DNA from: Flavobacteriales bacterium
GTDB taxonomy: Bacteria; Bacteroidota; Bacteroidia; CAIKAF01
DNA: 64,000 nt
Assembly (NCBI GenBank): GCA_044376575.1
Contig: JBILKR010000005.1
Span: forward strand, 44,078-108,077
Direction: 5' to 3'
Part shown: in pieces, positions 57,030 to 64,000 of the stretch
Layout: every line of letters starts with the position of its first letter
Position numbering within the stretch: position 1 is the first letter of the stretch
Translations under genes and position numbers: made by a program
Notes under the pieces: generated by a model
The model's database searches: none
Told to the model about the DNA's origin: nothing
The model's input: the letters and a program-made list of their open reading frames with translations, nothing else

Positions 57030-58418
57030 ATGAAAGTGCATTATGAAGACCTGATCCGTCAAACATTTGAGTTTCCACAAGAAGGTTTTGATGTGGAAGA
57101 TGGAGAATTGTCGTGGCATGATATTCCAATGATGGAAATTATAAAACAGTACGGCACTCCACTAAAAATCACCTATTTGCCAAAGATCAGCGCTCAGATA
57201 CAGAAAGCAAAGATAATGTTTAAAGTGGCAATGGCAAAGGCTGATTATAAAGGAAGTTACACTTACTGTTATTGCACTAAAAGCTCTCATTTTAATTTTA
57301 TCCTTGAAGAGGTGCTAAAGAACGATGTTCATATTGAAACTTCATCTCATTATGATATGGAAATCATGAGGGAATTATATGGCAAAGGGCTGTTGGATAA
57401 AAATAAATTTATTGTTTGTAATGGCTACAAACGCGAAGGATACATGCAGCATATCGTTAAGTTTGCCAATGAAGGGTTCAATATTGTTCCGGTACTTGAT
57501 AATACCAACGAATTAAGTTATTACGATAAGCATGTAAAATCTCCAATCAAGATTGGATTGAGAATTGCCTCTGAAGAAGAACCCAATTTTGAGTTTTATA
57601 CATCCAGGCTTGGTATCAGATATAAAGATATTGTTCCGTTTTATCAGTATAAAATCAAAGGCAATAAAAAGATTCAGGTGAAAATGCTTCACTTCTTTAT
57701 CAATACAGGAATCAGAGATACTGTGTATTACTGGAGTGAACTTTCAAAATGTTTAAGTGTGTATTGTGAATTGAAAAAAGTTTGTCCTGAACTCGATTCA
57801 TTAAATATTGGTGGCGGATTACCGATTAAAAACTCTCTTGCGTTTGATTTTGATTATGAATATATCTTGAATGAAATTGTTCAGCAAATCAAAACTTATT
57901 GCAACCAAAATGGAGTAGAAGAACCCAATATATTTACAGAATTCGGATCTTTTACTGTTGGTGAAAGTGGTGCATCTTTGTTCTCTGTACTTGATTCGAA
58001 AATGCAGAATGATACAGAGATATGGTATATGATTGACAGTTCTTTTATCACCACACTACCTGATACCTGGGGTCTCAAACAGCGTTTTATATTACTGGCG
58101 GTCAATAACTGGCAAAACAAATATCAGCGGGTAAATCTTGGAGGACTTACCTGTGATAGTCTTGATTATTATAATGCAGAAGCACATATTGGTCAGGTGT
58201 TCTTGCCTAAATATAAACCGGGTGAAACTCTATATCTTGGATTTTTTCATACCGGCGCATATCAGGAATCATTGGGTGGCTATGGAGGAATTCAGCATTG
58301 TTTGATCCCGGCTCCCAAACATGTTATCATCGATAAAGATGAAAACGGCGAGTATTATACCAAGTTGTTCAGCAAAGAGCAGAGCTATAAGTCGATGCTT
58401 AAGATATTGGGTTATTAA
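57030..58418 (+). CDS. PLP-dependent arginine decarboxylase-like enzyme (Orn/DAP/Arg decarboxylase family 2)
   Basis: 462 aa alanine-racemase-fold decarboxylase with a PLP-Lys region (YCYCTKSSHF) and a C-terminal beta-domain. Substrate assignment is by context only. Confidence 0.65.
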   Translation: MKVHYEDLIRQTFEFPQEGFDVEDGELSWHDIPMMEIIKQYGTPLKITYLPKISAQIQKAKIMFKVAMAKADYKGSYTYCYCTKSSHFNFILEEVLKNDVHIETSSHYDMEIMRELYGKGLLDKNKFIVCNGYKREGYMQHIVKFANEGFNIVPVLDNTNELSYYDKHVKSPIKIGLRIASEEEPNFEFYTSRLGIRYKDIVPFYQYKIKGNKKIQVKMLHFFINTGIRDTVYYWSELSKCLSVYCELKKVCPELDSLNIGGGLPIKNSLAFDFDYEYILNEIVQQIKTYCNQNGVEEPNIFTEFGSFTVGESGASLFSVLDSKMQNDTEIWYMIDSSFITTLPDTWGLKQRFILLAVNNWQNKYQRVNLGGLTCDSLDYYNAEAHIGQVFLPKYKPGETLYLGFFHTGAYQESLGGYGGIQHCLIPAPKHVIIDKDENGEYYTKLFSKEQSYKSMLKILGY

Positions 58419-58430
58419 ATCTCTTTTTTA

Positions 58431-58643
58431 ATGACTAAAATTTTTAAGACCAATATTAAGTGCAACGGTTGTATAAATGCAGTCAGCCCGGTAATTGATA
58501 ATACTCAAGGCCTCGTTTCATGGAAAGTAGATTTGCAAGATTCTGAGCGTAAATTAACCATTGAAGGTGATATTATTGACTGGGATTTATTAATTGAAAA
58601 ATTAAAGCAACTGGGCTATCACCTGGAGCCTGTTCAACCATGA
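58431..58643 (+). CDS. Heavy-metal-associated (HMA) domain-like small protein
   Basis: 70 aa with a CxxC motif near the N-terminus (KCNGC), where HMA domains carry MxCxxC. Overlaps the downstream SDR gene by ATGA. Confidence 0.4.
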   Translation: MTKIFKTNIKCNGCINAVSPVIDNTQGLVSWKVDLQDSERKLTIEGDIIDWDLLIEKLKQLGYHLEPVQP

Positions 58644-59539
58644 AAAAAATACTGATTACCGGTTCTAATGGATTACTTGGAAGAAAACTTATAGATAAGT
58701 TGAAATCAAGAAATGATATTGAATTGATAGCTACAGGAAGGGGAGAGAACAGAAATCCGATCAAGACCGGTTACACCTATTATTCTCTTGATATTACCAA
58801 TGAACAGCAGATTGAAGATGTTTTAAATTTAGTAAGTCCAGATGTAATTATTCATACCGCAGCCATGACCAATGTGGATGAATGCGAGTTAAACAATGAA
58901 GCATGTTACCAACAAAATGTATTGTCAGTTCAGTACTTATGTAATGCAGCGGAAAAAAGAAATATTCATCTTATTCATTTAAGTACTGATTTTATTTTTG
59001 ATGGTCTTCACGGACCTTATGATGAAGAGGTATCACCCAACCCCTTGAGTTATTATGCTGAATCAAAAGTAAAGGCCGAGGAACTGGTGATGAAAATGAA
59101 AACAGCCTGGTCAATTGTGAGAACCATTCTTGTATATGGGGTAATAGATCATGGCAGTAGAAGCAATGTAGTATTGTGGGTAAAGAATAATCTTGAACAA
59201 AAGAAAAATATCAATGTGGTAAATGACCAGTTCAGAACCCCAACACTGGCTGAAGATCTTGCTGAGGGTTGTATTTTGATTGCCGACAAACGAGCTACAG
59301 GGATATATAATATTGCGGGTCCTGATTTTATGAGTATTTACGAACTTGCGTTAGAAGTTGCTGAATTCTTTAAACTCGATCAGTCACTGATTCATCCTTC
59401 AACATCTGAGTTAGTAAAACAGCCTGCAAAGCGACCTGCAAAAACAGGTTTGTTGATTGATAAAGCCATTAAGAACCTCGGTTATCACCCTCATTCGTTT
59501 AAAGATTCCTTAAGACTGGTGGCAGATCAGTTGAAATAA
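58640..59539 (+). CDS. SDR-family NAD(P)-dependent sugar nucleotide reductase (dTDP-4-dehydrorhamnose reductase-like)
   Basis: 299 aa with a Rossmann motif (ITGSNGLLG) and catalytic YxxxK (YAESK). Confidence 0.7.
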   Translation: MKKILITGSNGLLGRKLIDKLKSRNDIELIATGRGENRNPIKTGYTYYSLDITNEQQIEDVLNLVSPDVIIHTAAMTNVDECELNNEACYQQNVLSVQYLCNAAEKRNIHLIHLSTDFIFDGLHGPYDEEVSPNPLSYYAESKVKAEELVMKMKTAWSIVRTILVYGVIDHGSRSNVVLWVKNNLEQKKNINVVNDQFRTPTLAEDLAEGCILIADKRATGIYNIAGPDFMSIYELALEVAEFFKLDQSLIHPSTSELVKQPAKRPAKTGLLIDKAIKNLGYHPHSFKDSLRLVADQLK

Positions 59540-59610
59540 TTTCAACAAACAGTTCACAAATAGATATTTTATTTAATATTCTTTTAATTTAGCCATAAAT
59601 ACATTTTAAT

Positions 59611-61185
59611 ATGGCTCAAAAAGAACAATGGGGTTCGCGCATTGGATTAGTCTTGGCAATGGCCGGAAATGCGGTAGGACTTGGAAATTTTCTTCGATTC
59701 CCAGTGCAGGCAATTCAAAATGGCGGAGGTGCCTTTATCATTCCATATCTGGTTTGTTTCCTGTTAATGGGAATTCCATTATTGTTTATTGAATGGAGTA
59801 TGGGACGATTCGGAGGTAAATTCGGACACCATTCTACACCTTTTATCTTGGATAGTATGGACAAAAGGAAGTTCTGGAAATATATTGGAGTTTTCGGAAT
59901 ATTTACAAACATAGCGGTAGCATCTTATTATTGTTATCTCGAAAGCTGGACATTAAGTTGGATGTATCATTCTGTTGTTCGAACATTTTCCGGAATGGAA
60001 TCAACGCAAGTAGCTGATTTTTTCGGTAATTATGTTTCCTTGACTAATCCTTATGAACCGATTCTTTTTTGGATAATTTGTTTGATTTTAAATACGTGGA
60101 TCTTATCAAGAGGATTGAGTGGTGGAGTGGAGAAGGTGGCTAAAATAGGTATGCCCTTGTTAATCATATTTGGAATATTTCTGGCATTCATGGCATTTAA
60201 TGTTAAAGCCGGTGTCAACGGAGCAAAATTTGATGCATCTGTTGGATTGAATTTTCTATGGACACCTGATTTTTCAACAATTTGGTCGCCCAAAGTTTGG
60301 CTGGCAGCTGCTGGTCAAATCTTCTTTACATTATCTGTAGGTATGGGAAGCATTCAGTGTTATGCTTCCTATCTTAAGAAAAGAGATGATGTGGCTTTAA
60401 ATGCTATGGCAGCGGGTTGGACTAACGAGTTTGTTGAAGTAGTATTGGGGTCAGCCATTATTATTCCGATTTCAGTAGGATATCTTGGTATAGAAAACGT
60501 AATTGAAATGACAAAAAATGGTGGCTTGGGTTTAGGATTTAAAACTTTACCTTATCTCTTTGAACAATGGGGAGAAGTATTGGCCGTAATTAGTGGCGTA
60601 TTTTGGTTTGGTTTATTATTTTTTGCCGGTATCACTTCTTCTTTGGCCATGGGTACACCTGTGATGGGATTTTTACAGGATGAATTTAACTGGAAGCGTG
60701 AACCATCTGCTTTTTTGTTTGGTGCATTGGTTTTGGTATTAGGAGCACCTACTGTAATTTTCTTTAATTACGGTGTTTTTGATGAATATGATTTTTGGGC
60801 AGGAACATTTTCATTGGTATTGTTTGCCTTTCTAGAAGTTATTCTCTTTGCCTGGGTGTTTGGTATGGATAAAGGATGGAAAGAAATTAATGATGGTGCT
60901 GATATTAAAATACCTGTAATATTTAAGTACATCATTAAATATGTTACTCCATTGTTGTTGGGATATGTATTTTTCAGCAGTTTGCCCGGTGTCTGGGATC
61001 AGATCACAAACAAAGCCATTTATAAAGAATTAAGTGAAGCAACTGATCCAATGACCATTGAATTTTTACAGCAAAAAATAGTGTTTGTAAATGCTTCAAG
61101 AGGTTTGCTTTTGCTGGTTTGGCTGGGTATAGCTTACACCGTTTATGTAGCATATAAAAAACGTAAAAGAGAAGGGAGAATATAA
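59611..61185 (+). CDS. Sodium-dependent transporter, neurotransmitter:sodium symporter (NSS/SNF) family
   Basis: 524 aa. N-terminal NSS signature (WGSRIGLVLAMAGNAVGLGNFLRFP) and about 11-12 transmembrane helices. Confidence 0.88.
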   Translation: MAQKEQWGSRIGLVLAMAGNAVGLGNFLRFPVQAIQNGGGAFIIPYLVCFLLMGIPLLFIEWSMGRFGGKFGHHSTPFILDSMDKRKFWKYIGVFGIFTNIAVASYYCYLESWTLSWMYHSVVRTFSGMESTQVADFFGNYVSLTNPYEPILFWIICLILNTWILSRGLSGGVEKVAKIGMPLLIIFGIFLAFMAFNVKAGVNGAKFDASVGLNFLWTPDFSTIWSPKVWLAAAGQIFFTLSVGMGSIQCYASYLKKRDDVALNAMAAGWTNEFVEVVLGSAIIIPISVGYLGIENVIEMTKNGGLGLGFKTLPYLFEQWGEVLAVISGVFWFGLLFFAGITSSLAMGTPVMGFLQDEFNWKREPSAFLFGALVLVLGAPTVIFFNYGVFDEYDFWAGTFSLVLFAFLEVILFAWVFGMDKGWKEINDGADIKIPVIFKYIIKYVTPLLLGYVFFSSLPGVWDQITNKAIYKELSEATDPMTIEFLQQKIVFVNASRGLLLLVWLGIAYTVYVAYKKRKREGRI

Positions 61186-61187
61186 TT

Positions 61188-61331
61188 ATGACAACAACTG
61201 CTTTGATTATGATGTCAGGAACCATGTCGCTCGTTGCGGTGATAACAGGTTTCTTTTTTCTTAAAATGATGCGCACTCCTGAAAAGAAGGAGCACGAAAT
61301 TGATGAAATGCCTCCACATCATCACCCATAA
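61188..61331 (+). CDS. Small single-TM membrane protein, MetS-like partner of the NSS transporter (not in the supplied ORF track)
   Basis: 47-codon ATG...TAA ORF, MTTTALIMMSGTMSLVAVITGFFFLKMMRTPEKKEHEIDEMPPHHHP. Starts 2 nt after the transporter stop and ends 8 nt before the next gene. One hydrophobic helix and a charged His-rich tail. Confidence 0.55.
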   Translation: MTTTALIMMSGTMSLVAVITGFFFLKMMRTPEKKEHEIDEMPPHHHP

Positions 61332-61339
61332 TTTTTGAT

Positions 61340-61951
61340 ATGAAGATTATTTGTGTTGGTCGCAATTATGCTGATCATGCGAAAGAATTAAATAATTCTA
61401 TACCGACAGATCCTGTTTTGTTTATGAAGCCGGAAACGTCAGTTATTCTTCCCCGTCAACCATTTTTCTATCCTGATTTTTCAAATGATGTGCATCATGA
61501 AATAGAAGTGGTGATTAAAATTAACAGGATTGGAAAGCATATAGAACCACAATTTGCTTCAAGGTATTATTCTGAAATTGCACTCGGTATCGATTTTACA
61601 GCGAGAGATCTTCAGCAGCAATTAAAAGAAAAGGGATTGCCTTGGGAAAAAGCAAAAGCCTTTGATGGTTCAGCCATGGTGGGTAAATTTATTCCTGTAG
61701 ATCAGATTTCAGATATTCATCAAATAGATTTTTCATTGGAAAAAAATGGTTTGCTGGTACAGCAAGGAAATACTTCACAAATGCTATTCAAAATAGATCA
61801 ACTGATCAGTTACATTTCTACATTTTTTACGCTTAAAATTGGTGATTTAATATTTACAGGAACCCCGGCAGGTGTAGGTCCTGTAAAAAAAGGGGATCAG
61901 TTAAAAGGGTTGTTGGGAAGTGAAACAAACTTTACGTTGAATGTTCGTTAA
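61340..61951 (+). CDS. Fumarylacetoacetate hydrolase (FAH) family protein
   Basis: 203 aa with an N-terminal KIICVGRNYADHAKE motif typical of the FAH family. Confidence 0.85.
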   Translation: MKIICVGRNYADHAKELNNSIPTDPVLFMKPETSVILPRQPFFYPDFSNDVHHEIEVVIKINRIGKHIEPQFASRYYSEIALGIDFTARDLQQQLKEKGLPWEKAKAFDGSAMVGKFIPVDQISDIHQIDFSLEKNGLLVQQGNTSQMLFKIDQLISYISTFFTLKIGDLIFTGTPAGVGPVKKGDQLKGLLGSETNFTLNVR

Positions 61952-62019
61952 AACTTAATCTATTTCAAGTATTTAAAATCTTTATTAATTATTTATATTT
62001 ATAGTATTAATTCTTATTC

Positions 62020-64000
62020 ATGAAAAGGAAAGTTGTCATATTCATTTTTAGTATTTTTTACTTGAATGTTTTTTATGCTCAGAAAGTGTTAGAGGGTGTT
62101 CAGGCAAACAATTATTTTCAGGGAGCCTCTGTTGTAAGGTTTAAAGAGAATAATCCATTACCTCAGTTTATCCAGTTCGGATTGAAACCATCCGGAGATC
62201 AGGCAGAGTTGGTTCTCCAAAAAGTTCTCCGGATGAAAGCCCCGTACAGTATAAAAATGATTAAGCATGAAGCGGATATCGTTGGAATGGTGCATCTAAA
62301 ATATCAGCAATTCTACAAACAAATTCCAGTGGAATATGCTGTATATAATGCTCATATTGATAAGTCTGGTAATGTAGCCTCAATGAATGGTGAAGCATAC
62401 ACATTGCCTGAATTGTCTTCAATACCATCTATATCTTCAAACACAGCCATACAAAAAGCAATCGGGTATATTAAAGCTGATAAATACAAATGGGAATTGT
62501 CTGAAGAGGAAAGACATTTGCAATACGAAACAAATAATCCCAATGCAACATACTATCCTCAGCCCACATTAACCTACGTTCCTGTGAATGGTGATTATAA
62601 TTCGAATGATTTTCGTCTGGCATGGAAAATGGATATATATGCTCACGAACCATTAAGAAGGGAATGGGTTTATGTGGATGCAAATACAGGTGAAATCATC
62701 TGGTCAACCAATAGAATTCATCATGCTGATGTACCTGGAACAGGTGTTGCTGTTTACAGCGGAAACAGGCCAATAGTTGCTGATCAGAATGGTTCAACAT
62801 TCAGATTAAGAGAAGCAGGTAGGGGAGACGGAATAGAAACTTATGACTTGAATACAGGCACAAATTATGGCGCTGCGGTTGACTTTACAGATTCGGATAA
62901 TTTCTGGAATAATGTAAATGCACAAAAAGACGAATATGCCATTGATGCGCACTGGGGAGCAGAGATGACTTATGATTATTTTTATCAGATTTATAACAGA
63001 AACAGTATTGACAATAGCGGTTTCAAATTATTCAGTTATTTGCATTACAGTACTAATTATGATAATGCCTTCTGGGATGGACAACGTATGACTTACGGTG
63101 ACGGAAGTGGAAATCCCTTCTTACCATTAACATCCATTGATATTATTGCACATGAAATTACACATGGGTTAACCGAGTTTACTGCAAGTTTGGTATATCA
63201 AAATGAATCAGGTGCTTTAAATGAATCGTTTAGCGATATTTTCGGTGTGAGTGTTGACTATTTTGCACGTGGCGGTAATTTAGCTCAGAATCCAATCTGG
63301 AGAATAGGTGAAGAGGCTACTTCCAATGGTCAGGGTATTCGAAGTATGAATAATCCCAATTCTTTTGGAGACCCAGATACTTATCAGGGTACAAACTATT
63401 ATACCGGAACACAAGATAACGGTGGTGTTCATACCAATTCAGGAGTACAAAATCACTGGTTTTACAGGCTGGTTGTGGGTGGAACAGGAACAAATGATGT
63501 TGGAAATAATTTCAATGTAACAGGACAGGGAATGACCATTGCGGCAGCAATTGCTTTTAGAAATCTTACTGTATATTTAACTGCCAACAGCAACCACAGT
63601 GATGCAAGATATTATTCTATTCAATCAGCGATTGATTTATATGGCCCTTGTACAGCGCCGGTGGAAGCGACAACCAATGCTTGGTATGCAGTAGGTGTTG
63701 GAGGACCTTATTCGGCAGTTGTTGATGCAGCATTTTCTACACCAACAACAAACTTTTGTAATGTCCCTGCAATGGTAGCTTTTTCTAATTCAAGTTTTAA
63801 TGCAGGTAATTTTACCTGGGACTTTGGTGATGGTAATTTCAGCACTGCCGTTAATCCTACACATACATATACAACGCTGGGAACATACAGCGTGAAGTTA
63901 ATTGCAGATGGAGGCGCTTGCGGTATTGACAGCATCATTCAGTTAAACTACATTAATATTGATACAACCATACCTTGTAGTATCACATTAAGTTCTTCAG
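62020..64000 (+). CDS. Secreted M4 (thermolysin-like) zinc metallopeptidase with PKD-like domain, 3' end outside the window
   Basis: Signal peptide, propeptide-like region, HEXXH (AHEITHG) with the downstream Glu (NESFSDIFG) and GGVHTNSG motifs. PKD-like segment near the window end. The ORF is open to position 64000. Confidence 0.82.
   Translation, partial: MKRKVVIFIFSIFYLNVFYAQKVLEGVQANNYFQGASVVRFKENNPLPQFIQFGLKPSGDQAELVLQKVLRMKAPYSIKMIKHEADIVGMVHLKYQQFYKQIPVEYAVYNAHIDKSGNVASMNGEAYTLPELSSIPSISSNTAIQKAIGYIKADKYKWELSEEERHLQYETNNPNATYYPQPTLTYVPVNGDYNSNDFRLAWKMDIYAHEPLRREWVYVDANTGEIIWSTNRIHHADVPGTGVAVYSGNRPIVADQNGSTFRLREAGRGDGIETYDLNTGTNYGAAVDFTDSDNFWNNVNAQKDEYAIDAHWGAEMTYDYFYQIYNRNSIDNSGFKLFSYLHYSTNYDNAFWDGQRMTYGDGSGNPFLPLTSIDIIAHEITHGLTEFTASLVYQNESGALNESFSDIFGVSVDYFARGGNLAQNPIWRIGEEATSNGQGIRSMNNPNSFGDPDTYQGTNYYTGTQDNGGVHTNSGVQNHWFYRLVVGGTGTNDVGNNFNVTGQGMTIAAAIAFRNLTVYLTANSNHSDARYYSIQSAIDLYGPCTAPVEATTNAWYAVGVGGPYSAVVDAAFSTPTTNFCNVPAMVAFSNSSFNAGNFTWDFGDGNFSTAVNPTHTYTTLGTYSVKLIADGGACGIDSIIQLNYINIDTTIPCSITLSSS

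Noticed and set aside
1-64000. CRISPR arrays, transposases, integrases, phage genes and tRNA/rRNA genes
   Set aside because: Nothing was seen: no direct-repeat arrays, no transposase or integrase-like ORFs, no tRNA-like GC-rich 75-nt segments in intergenic DNA. Composition is uniform, so there is no evidence of a horizontally acquired island.

Overview
The window is a chromosomal segment from an AT-rich Bacteroidota genome. The type IX secretion/gliding gene names, SprF/PorP, T9SS C-terminal sorting domains, no Shine-Dalgarno sequences and frequent 1-4 nt gene overlaps all point to that phylum. It is gene-dense and mostly housekeeping. The main blocks are:
- a complete suf Fe-S cluster operon (sufB partial, then sufC, sufD, sufS, sufE and a DUF59/SufT-like gene);
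- topoisomerase I;
- the T9SS core operon porP/sprF-gldK-gldL-gldM-gldN;
- asd, lon, apt, an acyl-CoA dehydrogenase, secDF and meaB;
- a minimal System-I cytochrome c maturation pair, a CcmF-like heme lyase with a CcmE whose heme-binding His is replaced by Cys (CxxxY type);
- an arsC-ACR3 arsenic resistance pair;
- surE and lpxB;
- topoisomerase IV parE and parC, split by an oppositely oriented ribBA;
- an arginine-themed cluster: argS overlapping an arginase-family (agmatinase-like) gene, divergent from an arginine decarboxylase;
- an NSS-family sodium symporter followed by an unlisted 47-aa membrane ORF (MetS-like);
- a fumarylacetoacetate hydrolase family gene and a 5'-partial-free, 3'-truncated M4 (thermolysin-like) peptidase.
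At least four secreted proteins carry T9SS C-terminal sorting domains: a triple lamin-tail-domain protein, an FG-GAP repeat protein, a lysyl-endopeptidase-like S1 protease and a DUF4397 repeat protein. The M4 peptidase may be a fifth but its C-terminus is cut off. I found no mobile elements, CRISPR arrays, rRNA/tRNA genes or riboswitches that I could support, and no convincing novel multi-gene system. The most unusual items are small: the Cys-type CcmE, the unlisted MetS-like micro-ORF, an arginase-fold protein with a degenerate metal-binding motif next to porP, and a stand-alone retropepsin-like aspartic protease.
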